Assembly: GCA_020184695.1 (NCBI GenBank)
Contig: JAANOX010000008.1
Coordinates: 1 to 64,000 of the forward strand
Source: Histomonas meleagridis 2922-C6/04-290x
Lineage: Eukaryota > Protista > Parabasalia
Direction: 5' to 3'
Length of the DNA stretch: 64,000 nt
This document shows, in pieces, positions 22,580-33,990 of the stretch; the stretch's first letter is position 1, and every line of letters begins with the position of its first letter. The position numbers and the translations under genes were made by a program. The notes under the pieces were generated by a model. It saw only the letters and a program-made list of their open reading frames with translations. It ran no database searches and had not been told where the DNA came from.

Positions 22580-25500
22580 TTAAGATCCGAATAACCGCAA
22601 AATATTTCTCATTGAATTCAGTACGGTTGCAATCACATTTGCTTCTTCTTCACTTTTGGTTTCCAGTTTTACTTCTTCTTTAGAATTGACACCTTTAATT
22701 ACGACAAATTTATCCTCAACTTTTAACAGAATCAAATCTATAATTTTCATGTAACGAATTTGATTATCACTTCTTATCAAATAAATTGTTGTATCAGTGA
22801 TAAATACATTTTGTTCATCTCCTTTAATTGCTAATTTAATAGTTTCATTTTGTAATCTTTTTTGAAGAAAAGATTGAAACTTACTAATTGACTCATCGAA
22901 AACACCAATTTCATTATTCGGGAAAGCTCTTGTACATCTCATTCTTTCTATTCCTTGCATAAGTCCGACATCCTTCATCGTGTTAACGGTCACCTCCGCA
23001 AAAAGTGACAAAACACCTTTACCGAAACCGGCGCCATTCAAAACTTTACTTCGTAAACCAAAATCTATTTTTTGTAGAATTCCCAAAATTATTGAAGAAG
23101 GCTTTAGCGACGCGTTTCGAATTAGTTCCAACAAAGCATTTAATGATTGTTGTGAGAATATACCATTTGTTTCTTTTCTATTATCGAAAGCTTCTTCTTG
23201 GCTTTCCATTAACTTGGAGATATCATTTGATAAATCAGATTTCATTTTTATTCCGAACATTTCCGCGATCATTGAAGTCACTCCGAACGTTGACAAAATT
23301 TTACCTTTTGTCCCGAGCATATTAAGTATTTGATTAAACGCCGCAGTTTTATATTCCGTCAAAACGTTTTTTGAAATTTCTTTAAATGAATCTTGTAAAT
23401 TTGATATTATAATTCCAGGCAATAAAATTTTATCTTCTTTAATTCCAGGAATATATTTTAAGTATTTAAACAACTGATGAATTGTTGTGTTTCTTCCAGA
23501 TTTTCGATTATATTTAAATAGAATATATAAAGAAGACATTTCAAGCCAATTACATGAAATTATTTTCGATGTTTCATCAAATTGTTTTGTTTGTAATGGA
23601 GTAATTTTTGTTTTAATTGGTTTGATTAATTCAATCAAAAAATAATATAAATCAGAAATTAACGTCGAATCAATTTCGATATCAATTCTTTGGAATATTA
23701 TCGAAGTATATAATAATGTTGATAAATCAGATGATAAAATAGTACTTAACTTAAAAAATGGAACTTTCCCATTATTTCTTCCAATTAATATGTTTGGTTT
23801 TGGTGTTTGTACACTTTGATCATCAAGTTGAATAGTATTAATACTCATTTGTAATATTTTTTGATATGAATTAATTTCTAATGTTGCGAAAAATTTGTTT
23901 AAACTTAATAAAGCAAATTCTTTCATTCTTAAATCAATTAAACTAATGAAAATATGTTCGAAATTAATATTAAATATTGTTGAGAATATAATTTCTTTTT
24001 TAGGTATTTCTGTAGTAATTATAATAATTTGATAATTATCTTCTTTAAGAATTGCTGTATAAATTGGTTTGTTTTCAAATAATAGTTCAGTTTTAATATA
24101 ATCTGTTTCTGATATCAAAGATAAATTTAAAATTTGTTCTTCAAATTCAATCTTAACAGAAGGATAAGAAAAAGGTTCATCAAATGCATATAACGAAGTA
24201 GAATTAGGTTCAATTTCAAATGCAAATTCTTTATTTTTTTGATATGCAATCATTTTAATATCTAAACAATTCGATATAACATAAGGAGAAGGGAAATCAA
24301 CTGGCTTAAAATATGCATCGAAATGTGTACCTTCATCTATAATTTCTAATAATATTAACATATAAGAATTATTTGAAGTAACTTTAAAGACAGTTTTATA
24401 TTCAGATATTAAATATAAAGTTGGAGTAGAAGTAAATTCTGAAATAGATATCATAAACATTCCTTTAGTAGACATTGTAATTATTTCAAAAGTAGAATGT
24501 GCTTCTATTATATAAGGATCACATATAAAATCTGTATCATTAACACCTATTGGTTGAAGTATAAAGAATAAATCTAAATTATTATGTATTACTAATAAAT
24601 GTGAAATTGTTATTATAGCAACATTATCTTTATATGAAACATCAATTCTTAATTTAGATTTAAGATTTATTAAATCTTTGGATTGAAAATCTATAATTTC
24701 ATTACGTGTTGTTAAACAATCAAAATTTAAAATTGGTTTTGTCAAATTATTATCATTTAATAATAAATTTATATTTAAATGTTCTTTATCATTTAAATAA
24801 TTTTTAGGACACCAAATTGATATAATTTCTGGTTCAGTTATAATTTTTTCATTTAAATTATCATAAACTATAATATTTAATTTTGTTAAATTAAATATTA
24901 TACAAGGTACAAAGAATTTGATAATTGTTTGTTGAGTTTCTTCTAAAATATCAAATGATACAACTATAAATGAATTAACATTAGATAAATGATTATAACA
25001 TTGAAGTAATTTTGTCTTAGAATTATTTTTTAATGTTTCATATGATAAAAATGTAATACCATCAAGTGATAAACTAATTTTAAATTTATTCTTCTGTATA
25101 AAAGGTTTTTCTTCTTCAGGTTTTAACATAATTATATTAGAATTACCTTCAACTTTAATATTTAAAGGTATTGGTAAATAAGATGATAATATATAAGGAG
25201 TAATTAACTCAAATATTTTTGTTGAAGTAGTTGTATCAACATAAATTAAAACATTTATTGGAAAAGGAATATTATCAATAAATATATTAAATGAATCACA
25301 TTTTATCATTTTTGAATTTAAATTTATTACATTATATTTAACTTTATTATTAAGTTTCCCTTCAGTAAAAATAAATTCATTTTTTAATGGATCTTTAAAA
25401 AATATTGGATATGTTGAATTAGGTTTAACATTTGCATAAAATAAAAATTGATTTTTTACTCTAGAATAAATATCAATTTTAATTCCTAATGAATTTTTTA

Positions 25501-28500
25501 TTTCAAAAGGGGATTTAAATTGTAATATAATTCCTCCTTTATAAGGCTTTTTAGAAACACATAATTCATCACTTAATAAAGTCGGAAATATAATTTGATT
25601 TGGTGTAATTTGATATTCTTTTTGATTAAATTCTATTATAATATTTGTAGAAATATCAATTGTAAATATCGGAACAGTTTGATCATGTGATAAAATAAAA
25701 GTTTGTGAATTTTCATCATCAGTATGAAATATTACATCAGAACCTAAAGAATTAATTATCCAAAAATGTGGATATTCAGAAAATTCGAAATCTTTCATCG
25801 ATAAATTCTTTTTAATATCTTCTGCTAATGTTAAATATTGTTTTAATGCTATAGTTGGTAAATTAATATTTAAAGATTCATTTAATTTTGCAGTAATTTC
25901 TAATTGATCAAAAGTTAAAATAGAAAATAACTTTAAATTAAATGGCTCAACTATTAAATCCCATAAACCTGTAGTTTCATTAAAATATGAAATATAAGGA
26001 AACAAATTTATCATTATTGATTGTACTGAATCATTATTATTTAACTCTAAATTAATTGGTGGTAATACAACTTTAAACATTGGTATAAATCGTGAAGTTC
26101 TTCGATTATCTTTACATATAATTAATTGATTTTCTTCAGCAATTATTTTAATATTTTTAAATATTTCATTTGTTGTGTTTTTATCATGTGAATTATCTTC
26201 TGGAAATGTAATAATTTTGGCAGATTTTTGGATATTTTCTCTCATATTATTAAATAAAACAAAATCAATTGCTGATAATGTTAAAAAGATTTTTGTTATA
26301 ATGAATTCAATTGATGTTGTTGAATCATTAGAAACTATTCGTTTAAATTGAATATTTACTGATTTAAATATAGGTAAATAATTGATGTTATATTTTGGAT
26401 CTGAAAAATATGCTGAAAAATCATTTATATTTAATTCTAAATCAGTTTCTGTTAATTTTAATAAGAAATTAAAACATAAATTAAATAATGGAACTTTAGT
26501 TTGTTCAATTGATGTTGGAATTGTAACTTTTAATTTTGATGCTTTTATATTTAATATAAATGATAATTTTGTTGATATATCATTTTTATTTACTGAAATT
26601 TGTTGTAAAATTGTTGGAATATGAAAAAATGGCGAACGAATTATATAATTTACAATTGTCAAATAAAATTGATAATTAATATTTAAAATTAATTCACTAA
26701 AAATTATATTAAATTCATTATTAAAATGTGAAAACTTCAGTAGTTGAGAATCTGGTGATGAATATGTTAAAGAATTTTCATGATCATCTGAACTAAAGAT
26801 TTGAAATGAATGAATTTCTGCTTCCCATTTCTTATCTTCAAGTGAAGCTATAATATTTGAAAGAGAAATCTTTGCAAGTTCTTCTAATAACAATAAAGAA
26901 ATTTCTAATTTATTAATATTTACTATTACTTTAATGATTTCTAATTCATTATTATCTTCTTTTTTATCGATTTTTTCAATTATTATAATTTTAGATTTAA
27001 TTCGATCTTTAAGTTGTTCATTTAATTCTTCATTAATTAATAATTTATTAGAATGAAATTCAGGAATTTCGCCAATAAAAATATAATGAATTATAGCTCG
27101 AGCAAATTCATGACTATAAAATATTTTAATTTCTTTTATGTTCCATTTCATAAAAATTTTATTAATTTCTAATGAATTATTTGTTTCATCAAATTCCATT
27201 TGATTTATTTCATTAAATGTTATTTCTTTAAGTATTTCTTCATTATTAACTGAAAATATTGAAATAACATTTGAGATTTCAATAATTTTAGTATGAAAAA
27301 TATTTTTAACAAATGCTTTTAATGATTCAAATGAAAAAGAAGCCAAACTTTTAGAATTATGTAAAATAAATTTTAAATTTGTTAATATTAATTCAAAATT
27401 TGATTTCATTTCATCATCAGGAAAATAATTAATATCAATTTCATTAATCTTAAAATTGATATTAAATGGAATTGAAATTTTTGAATCATCGGAATTATCA
27501 TTTATTAATATTTTAGAAATAGTATTAATAAAACAGAATATAAAAGGTAAATTAAAAGATAAATAAACAGAATTCATATTAAAAGTTAGTAAATTATTTT
27601 CAAGTTTTAAATAAAATCCTTCTTTTAACCTTAAAAATTCAATTTCATTATTAATCATTGTATTTCCTTTTATAAAAGACGAATTAATTTCAAAAATGTT
27701 TTGGTTTTGATTTTCTATATACGCCAATTCAAGATTTAAATCTATTTTTGAAATTTGTTCAAATTTATAATTTATTGGAATAAGTTGAATATTATTTAAT
27801 AATATCTTATAAATATTTTTCTTTTTACTATTACTTTCTTTGGAATTTGTTTCAAGTGAAGTAAATTTAAGGAAATATCGAAAAATTTCTTTTGTCAAAT
27901 TCAAATAACCATTTGAAAGAGTTAACGCAATTTCAGTTTTATCTTTATTATCATGATATAATATCGAAAACTTATCATTTAATTCCAAAAGTTCATAAAT
28001 TTTTTCATTTAATATTTGATACCCAATAATTTTATTAAAAATAATTTTAGTTTCAAATTCATCATTAGAAATATTTACACAAATTTCCATATTATTTATA
28101 TTAACATAACCAATTGTATTTTCTTCATCATAACAAAGTATATTAAATCCATCAAACATTAAATGAAAATTATTATCTTTTGTTTCTTCTTTTGTTTCAT
28201 TACTGTTCAAAAAAGAAGAAACTTCATTTAATATTCGAAGAATTGCATTTATATCATTAGGTTCGATTTCCATTTCGATTAAAGGAAAGTGAAATTCATT
28301 TAAATCAAGTTTAAGTGTACTTTTCCTAATTAAATCATGTTTATTTCTATTTAATGTTAAATCATAAATTTCTATTTGATCTTTTATTATAACTTTTTCT
28401 ATGTTTAAAAAAAATTTTTCTTCAATATCAGGAATTTCAAATTTAGGATTAGTAAAAACTAAAACAAATATAATATTTTTTTCATCATCTTTAATTTCTT

Positions 28501-31066
28501 TTTTAGTTTTAATATTTTCTTCTTTTTCTTCTTCATTCTTTAATTGAAGTATTTCTGTTGCATCAGATATAAAAGAATTTATTATATTTATTAATTGTGT
28601 ATAAATATCTTTATAATTACGTAAGTTAACTATCATGCTAAAATCTTTTATATTTAATGATATAACAAATGGTGAAATATCATTTTCTTGTGTAATTGTT
28701 AAATGTGCCGAATTTTTAGGTAATGAAATCATTGAAACTTCTCCTTCTATAAATGAAAGAAATCCAAGTGAAAATAAAGCCGAAGTTTTTCCATTATAAA
28801 TATTATATTGAGCTTTAATATCTTTAACAATTAAATATGAATTAACATCATTTAAATTGATTTTCATTTCATTAAGTTCCATTTCTATATTAGTTTGAAG
28901 ATTATTAAATGAAAGTAAAGTTTTTGTTTTATCAGTATCATCTTGAGGCATTAATGTATTTTCTTGATGTTTTAATTCAGAAAATTTAGAATATATTAAT
29001 GCAGAACGTAAAACTTTTAATACATTCGATCCAATATCAATTGATATATTAGATAAACCAAAAAAAGAATCCAAAATAACTTTTTCTAAATGATTAAAAA
29101 AAGTAAATGATAAAACAAAATCAAACTTAAATCGTTTTAATAAAGAAATTTGATCGAATAACAAATCATCAATTATAAATTGCACATTAAAATCCATTTT
29201 AATTTTGGGCGCATTTATTGCTAATAAACTATTTGCGTTTTTAGTAATTGATATATTACATATAGAAAACTTAATTTCGGATTGTTTTTCATTGTATTCG
29301 AATGGATAAACATAAGAAAAACCATTAATTTTTAAATTTAAAATATGATTTTTGAAGTATAATAAACGTTTTAATTGTTCAGCTACATCAATTCTATTAA
29401 TTTTTTGAATAATAACTTCATTATCATTTTTATTATTTTTATTAATGTTATTCATATTATATTTTATATTATTAATATTTTTGTTTTTACCAAAATCAAA
29501 AAACTCAAAAACATTATGAATTGTTTCAGTATCAAAAGTTGTAGTTATATGAGAAACTAAAATTTCCATTAAGAATGGATCAGTAGTTGACGGAATTTTA
29601 GAATCGATTGATAAAAATGATTCATTATTTTTCCGATCAACACAAACAATTGATCTTAATGAATCATTAATTAAAGAATCTACTGATAAATCTTCAATAG
29701 TTAAATGAAAGTCAGCTCCTCCTTTTACACTTCTTAGTTTAGATTCAATTTGTACAATAGTAAATTTACAAAGAGGCGATTGAACCGAATAAACTAAATC
29801 AATTTGGAATAATGGAATATTTAAAGAAACTGAAAAAGATGAACTATCGAAAAATACATCAGTTGTTTGTATTAATTTCTTTAATTCACTTAAATCAAAT
29901 GCTGTAAATCCAGAATCCTTTGTAGACATTTCTTTTTGGACAATAGCTTCCGCATATTCTCTTAAAAATAATGTTGCTGTTTCTCCAATCTTTTTTTCTA
30001 TTGTTTTAATTTTGTTTTTAAGGATTGGATGCGGAATTTTATTTTGTTTCTTTTTTCGGATTAATTTTAAATAACTTTTGCGATTTTTTAATATTTTTAA
30101 TGCTATGGATGGACGGAATGAATTCGGTCGTCGTTTTTGTATTGCACATCGTGTCATATAAAGCCAATATTGTATTTCTTCGAATTCTTTAGGTCGAGCA
30201 CAATTCGAATATTTCCTTCTTTTATTAAAGAAATTCCATTTCCCTAAAAAGTCATAGATTGCACGACATTGAAGTAAATCAAGAGAAAATTTTAATGTCG
30301 GTGATGTAATCTCAATGATATTCTTTAACATATCAGGTATATTACGCGTATGTAATAATATACATTCAACATAAAATGGATTTAATAAAAATTGATGTTC
30401 ATTCGAATCAATTTCTTTTTTCATCGTTTCTTCAAAATTGGTTAATTTGGTTTCTTCGATGTTCATGGTATCAAGATACATAGAAAGGCCATTAAGATTA
30501 AGACGCTTACGAAGTTTGTTCGCTTTTTTCACTACTTTAAGTAAGGGATTATTATTATCATCAACTGTAAAAAGTGTAAGCTCTGGAATAATTACACCAA
30601 GAGTATAATACCCGCAGTCATGAGGAACTTCAAGTTTAATGTGAATGTTTTTAACATTAATTCTGGCATTATCAATGACAGTGCTAATGAGAGATTGCCA
30701 AGTGCCTTTTTCTTCCTCTTTAGTTAAAACTTCAGATGTATGAATCGCACTTTGATTAGCTTGAAGATCGTTTTTAATAAGTACATCAAGATCAAGTGTT
30801 AAAAGAATAAATATATCACTAACTTCTACAATACATGCTTGAGAACTTAATTTTTGCCATGGAATATTAAGGTTTACATTTTTGATTGTTCCCATTTTTA
30901 CTTTAAATGGTAAACCATGTGAAGATAATGCTGATGATTTTAATAATAAATTTTCAAAAACTGCCTTACCTTTCCATAACTCCATTTCCATTTGAGACTT
31001 GTTGAGCGTTTCTATATATTCTTTTAGATATTTTGTAATAAATTTTGATACAACTGATTCAAGCAT
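22580..31066 (-). CDS. VPS13: VPS13/chorein-family lipid transfer protein (2828 aa)
   Basis: N-terminal chorein motif (MLESVVSKFITKYLKEYIETL...LWKGKAVFENLLLK...VKMGTI...IPWQKL), its length, and C-terminal GFGKG and RCTRAF motifs. Confidence 0.9.
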   Translation of the reverse strand: MLESVVSKFITKYLKEYIETLNKSQMEMELWKGKAVFENLLLKSSALSSHGLPFKVKMGTIKNVNLNIPWQKLSSQACIVEVSDIFILLTLDLDVLIKNDLQANQSAIHTSEVLTKEEEKGTWQSLISTVIDNARINVKNIHIKLEVPHDCGYYTLGVIIPELTLFTVDDNNNPLLKVVKKANKLRKRLNLNGLSMYLDTMNIEETKLTNFEETMKKEIDSNEHQFLLNPFYVECILLHTRNIPDMLKNIIEITSPTLKFSLDLLQCRAIYDFLGKWNFFNKRRKYSNCARPKEFEEIQYWLYMTRCAIQKRRPNSFRPSIALKILKNRKSYLKLIRKKKQNKIPHPILKNKIKTIEKKIGETATLFLREYAEAIVQKEMSTKDSGFTAFDLSELKKLIQTTDVFFDSSSFSVSLNIPLFQIDLVYSVQSPLCKFTIVQIESKLRSVKGGADFHLTIEDLSVDSLINDSLRSIVCVDRKNNESFLSIDSKIPSTTDPFLMEILVSHITTTFDTETIHNVFEFFDFGKNKNINNIKYNMNNINKNNKNDNEVIIQKINRIDVAEQLKRLLYFKNHILNLKINGFSYVYPFEYNEKQSEIKFSICNISITKNANSLLAINAPKIKMDFNVQFIIDDLLFDQISLLKRFKFDFVLSFTFFNHLEKVILDSFFGLSNISIDIGSNVLKVLRSALIYSKFSELKHQENTLMPQDDTDKTKTLLSFNNLQTNIEMELNEMKINLNDVNSYLIVKDIKAQYNIYNGKTSALFSLGFLSFIEGEVSMISLPKNSAHLTITQENDISPFVISLNIKDFSMIVNLRNYKDIYTQLINIINSFISDATEILQLKNEEEKEENIKTKKEIKDDEKNIIFVLVFTNPKFEIPDIEEKFFLNIEKVIIKDQIEIYDLTLNRNKHDLIRKSTLKLDLNEFHFPLIEMEIEPNDINAILRILNEVSSFLNSNETKEETKDNNFHLMFDGFNILCYDEENTIGYVNINNMEICVNISNDEFETKIIFNKIIGYQILNEKIYELLELNDKFSILYHDNKDKTEIALTLSNGYLNLTKEIFRYFLKFTSLETNSKESNSKKKNIYKILLNNIQLIPINYKFEQISKIDLNLELAYIENQNQNIFEINSSFIKGNTMINNEIEFLRLKEGFYLKLENNLLTFNMNSVYLSFNLPFIFCFINTISKILINDNSDDSKISIPFNINFKINEIDINYFPDDEMKSNFELILTNLKFILHNSKSLASFSFESLKAFVKNIFHTKIIEISNVISIFSVNNEEILKEITFNEINQMEFDETNNSLEINKIFMKWNIKEIKIFYSHEFARAIIHYIFIGEIPEFHSNKLLINEELNEQLKDRIKSKIIIIEKIDKKEDNNELEIIKVIVNINKLEISLLLLEELAKISLSNIIASLEDKKWEAEIHSFQIFSSDDHENSLTYSSPDSQLLKFSHFNNEFNIIFSELILNINYQFYLTIVNYIIRSPFFHIPTILQQISVNKNDISTKLSFILNIKASKLKVTIPTSIEQTKVPLFNLCFNFLLKLTETDLELNINDFSAYFSDPKYNINYLPIFKSVNIQFKRIVSNDSTTSIEFIITKIFLTLSAIDFVLFNNMRENIQKSAKIITFPEDNSHDKNTTNEIFKNIKIIAEENQLIICKDNRRTSRFIPMFKVVLPPINLELNNNDSVQSIMINLFPYISYFNETTGLWDLIVEPFNLKLFSILTFDQLEITAKLNESLNINLPTIALKQYLTLAEDIKKNLSMKDFEFSEYPHFWIINSLGSDVIFHTDDENSQTFILSHDQTVPIFTIDISTNIIIEFNQKEYQITPNQIIFPTLLSDELCVSKKPYKGGIILQFKSPFEIKNSLGIKIDIYSRVKNQFLFYANVKPNSTYPIFFKDPLKNEFIFTEGKLNNKVKYNVINLNSKMIKCDSFNIFIDNIPFPINVLIYVDTTTSTKIFELITPYILSSYLPIPLNIKVEGNSNIIMLKPEEEKPFIQKNKFKISLSLDGITFLSYETLKNNSKTKLLQCYNHLSNVNSFIVVSFDILEETQQTIIKFFVPCIIFNLTKLNIIVYDNLNEKIITEPEIISIWCPKNYLNDKEHLNINLLLNDNNLTKPILNFDCLTTRNEIIDFQSKDLINLKSKLRIDVSYKDNVAIITISHLLVIHNNLDLFFILQPIGVNDTDFICDPYIIEAHSTFEIITMSTKGMFMISISEFTSTPTLYLISEYKTVFKVTSNNSYMLILLEIIDEGTHFDAYFKPVDFPSPYVISNCLDIKMIAYQKNKEFAFEIEPNSTSLYAFDEPFSYPSVKIEFEEQILNLSLISETDYIKTELLFENKPIYTAILKEDNYQIIIITTEIPKKEIIFSTIFNINFEHIFISLIDLRMKEFALLSLNKFFATLEINSYQKILQMSINTIQLDDQSVQTPKPNILIGRNNGKVPFFKLSTILSSDLSTLLYTSIIFQRIDIEIDSTLISDLYYFLIELIKPIKTKITPLQTKQFDETSKIISCNWLEMSSLYILFKYNRKSGRNTTIHQLFKYLKYIPGIKEDKILLPGIIISNLQDSFKEISKNVLTEYKTAAFNQILNMLGTKGKILSTFGVTSMIAEMFGIKMKSDLSNDISKLMESQEEAFDNRKETNGIFSQQSLNALLELIRNASLKPSSIILGILQKIDFGLRSKVLNGAGFGKGVLSLFAEVTVNTMKDVGLMQGIERMRCTRAFPNNEIGVFDESISKFQSFLQKRLQNETIKLAIKGDEQNVFITDTTIYLIRSDNQIRYMKIIDLILLKVEDKFVVIKGVNSKEEVKLETKSEEEANVIATVLNSMRNILRLFGS

Positions 31067-31396
31067 TATAAGGATTTTTTGGGGCGCCCCGACATGATCA
31101 TATATACAATTTTTTATCTAAAATTACAAAAAAAGTTTTATGAATTCCAAAAATATTTTTATCCATTTCCCATTTTTAATTAAAAATATGTATCAAATAA
31201 TTTTATATGAATTATTTAGAAAAAACATGGTCTAATTTAAATTTATAATTTTTAAAATTTTTCGAATTTTTTAAATAATTTTTTTTAGATTTCATAAAGC
31301 TCTATATCAATAAATTAACTTTGTCATTGTTAAATTTTCTTTCTCTTCTAATTCTTTTGATTTAAAACATACCAATATCATGGTCGGGAAAACCGA

Positions 31397-31404
31397 AAAG
31401 TGAC
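31397..31404 (+). promoter_or_regulatory. AAAGTGAC, candidate trichomonad core-promoter motif
   Basis: Lies 12 nt before the ATG at 31417. Matches an over-represented T. vaginalis upstream motif as I recall it. Confidence 0.35.
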
Positions 31405-31416
31405 AGAAATTTTGTA

Positions 31417-33990
31417 ATGGAAAATTTGGTGGGTGCTTTGTCGAATATGGGGTCAAATCCTCAAGCATCTGAAGCGGTGAATTTAGCTATTCAATCAGAT
31501 CCAATCTCATTTTTAAAATTCGCAAGTGTAATTATATTACAAAACGATGACGGAAGACTAGTTAAAAATACGATTACTATCATTGGAACAATTTTAAGGC
31601 CATCTCTTATGAAATCATCAAGTTCAATTTCACAAGCCTATCATTCCTTAGAAATTAATGAAAAGAATCAACTCAAGCAAGCTTCTACTAAAGCTTTGAT
31701 GTATGAAGATGAAGGAATTCGTTATGGCGGTGCATATTGCATAAGTCGTATAGCTGCACTTGAAGTTCCAAACCATCAATGGAATGACATTTTTGATTTT
31801 CTCTTTAGTCTTGTTCAATCCACTCAACATGGACAATTTGCTCCATTAGGTGCAATTACTTCTATGCGTTATTTATTAGAAATTTCAAATGAATCTCCAA
31901 AACCCATAATTTCCAAAACTACACTTCGACCATTTTCAACAAAGTTTGAATCAGCAGGTCAAATTGTTCTTACGTCGTGTATGAATTTTTTGTCAACATC
32001 TGAATCACCATTTTTATATAAAATTGAATCCGCGAGATGTTTATCCCCAGCTATTAAAACTTTTGCATCACTTCTTCAGTCACCTGCAATTTATGGTCAA
32101 CTTATCCAAATTTTACTTATTAATATTCCATTTGATAATGATGAACTTCATCAACAACTTATCAGAGCATTATCCAAATTATTAAAAACAATATATTTCA
32201 AACTCACAAAAGAAATTATTGATGCAATCTTAGGTCAAACCAATAATGATTTACAATCCAATAATGAAAATCGATGTATTCATGTCATTGATATGTGGCG
32301 AAAAATTGCTCGTTATGAACAACGAATAAAACATTCAGAAAATTTCCGAAACATTACATCTTATATTGCCAATACACATGATGGATATTTATTATCTAAA
32401 TTAGGATCTACAGATATCGAATCATTTGATGATCAATCACAATGGTATATTTCACGTTCAGCGTTTGAATGTCTTGAAACATTTTCACATGTTGTACCAG
32501 AAATAATATTTGAACATGCGACTAAATTTTATGCCGCGGTACAAAATGCTCCACAAGTATCAGTACAAGATAAATTTGCGTCTATATGTGCAGCACAAAT
32601 TATAGTTAAAATTAGATGTAATGAAACAATTAATTTTATTGGAAGTATATTCCAAATAATATTAATCCTTACAACAGCACCGAATAGTGGTATTCAAGCA
32701 GCTGCTTATGCTTTATTAATTACAATTGTAAAATATAATAAGGAGTTATGTAACACTGAACAAATTGTTACGCAAATTATTGCCTGTGTAGAAAATGGAC
32801 TTAAATCTACAAACTTAGCATTGTTTAAGCGTTCATTATTGTTATTTAATGCATTATGTTCAATATATAGTTCAGAAAATCAAACCTCAATAATCGGACA
32901 ATTTTATGAAAAAATTATGAATATGTTTAATGAAGTTTCACAAAGAAATGATGTTACGTCTGATGAACATATAGTTAGTGTATTATATCAATCAATTTCT
33001 AAATTTATTGATGTCCAACCTAAAGATAATTTACAATTTGTCCAAAATTTCTTAGAAATGGTAATTAATCAATATGAAAATTCATTACAAAATGGTGAAA
33101 GAGGTTCTATCTTAAGATTTTGTTTATCTAAAATAATTAAAAGTTCAGTTAATGTCTTACGTGAAAATGCAATTAATTATGCCCAAAAACTTATTGACTT
33201 ATTAATTAAATCACTTAATTTCGATGTTAAATATATTGATTCAATTCTTAATGCACTTACACCTTTAACATATTTCTTTAGAGAAATAACTAATAATTAT
33301 ATTGAAACATTATTTCCTGTTATTAAATATTCATATGAAACACAAGATCAAAACATTATAGAATCTGCAAGTTTGTTTGTTTCATATTTATTTAAAGATA
33401 ATAATATTAATAATATTTATTTTGACCCAATTCTTGATATATTATTTGTAACTATAATTAATACAACAAGAAATGAAATTATTTCTAATACACTTTATGC
33501 AATGGCTGATGTATTAACAAATGAAGATATTGGACCAACAATTATTCAAAATCGACAGCGTTACTTCGAAATTTTATTTAATTTAATGGATTTAATTCCA
33601 ATCTTTGAACAAAAAGATCATGAAACTACAGCAGTAATTTTTGCTTATTTAATGAAAACTTTGGCTAATTTTTGTAATATTTATTTATATGAAAAGAATA
33701 TCGTAAATAATGAAGTTGTTCCTTCTCAATTCATTGCGCAATTTCAAGAAAAATTTGTCGAATTACCGAAAATTGGTTATAAATATAAGTTTAATAGAAT
33801 ATTAATAATTGAATTTTTCTTGGATTATGTCGACGCTTTAATTAATATGTTTGGAGGATTTAATAGAATGGGCGCAAAGATGCATAATCCTGGATTTAAT
33901 TATTATATGAGAGAAGCTAAAATTGCTTTCAATAATAATTTATTACCCAAAGAAAAAGAAAAAATAATGAGAAAATATCATGAAAATTAA
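31417..33990 (+). CDS. Importin-beta/karyopherin family protein (857 aa)
   Basis: HEAT repeats, GAYCISRIAALEVPNHQWNDIFDFL (cf. IAxxELPxxxWPxL), DMWRKIARYE, and typical length. Confidence 0.8.
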   Translation: MENLVGALSNMGSNPQASEAVNLAIQSDPISFLKFASVIILQNDDGRLVKNTITIIGTILRPSLMKSSSSISQAYHSLEINEKNQLKQASTKALMYEDEGIRYGGAYCISRIAALEVPNHQWNDIFDFLFSLVQSTQHGQFAPLGAITSMRYLLEISNESPKPIISKTTLRPFSTKFESAGQIVLTSCMNFLSTSESPFLYKIESARCLSPAIKTFASLLQSPAIYGQLIQILLINIPFDNDELHQQLIRALSKLLKTIYFKLTKEIIDAILGQTNNDLQSNNENRCIHVIDMWRKIARYEQRIKHSENFRNITSYIANTHDGYLLSKLGSTDIESFDDQSQWYISRSAFECLETFSHVVPEIIFEHATKFYAAVQNAPQVSVQDKFASICAAQIIVKIRCNETINFIGSIFQIILILTTAPNSGIQAAAYALLITIVKYNKELCNTEQIVTQIIACVENGLKSTNLALFKRSLLLFNALCSIYSSENQTSIIGQFYEKIMNMFNEVSQRNDVTSDEHIVSVLYQSISKFIDVQPKDNLQFVQNFLEMVINQYENSLQNGERGSILRFCLSKIIKSSVNVLRENAINYAQKLIDLLIKSLNFDVKYIDSILNALTPLTYFFREITNNYIETLFPVIKYSYETQDQNIIESASLFVSYLFKDNNINNIYFDPILDILFVTIINTTRNEIISNTLYAMADVLTNEDIGPTIIQNRQRYFEILFNLMDLIPIFEQKDHETTAVIFAYLMKTLANFCNIYLYEKNIVNNEVVPSQFIAQFQEKFVELPKIGYKYKFNRILIIEFFLDYVDALINMFGGFNRMGAKMHNPGFNYYMREAKIAFNNNLLPKEKEKIMRKYHEN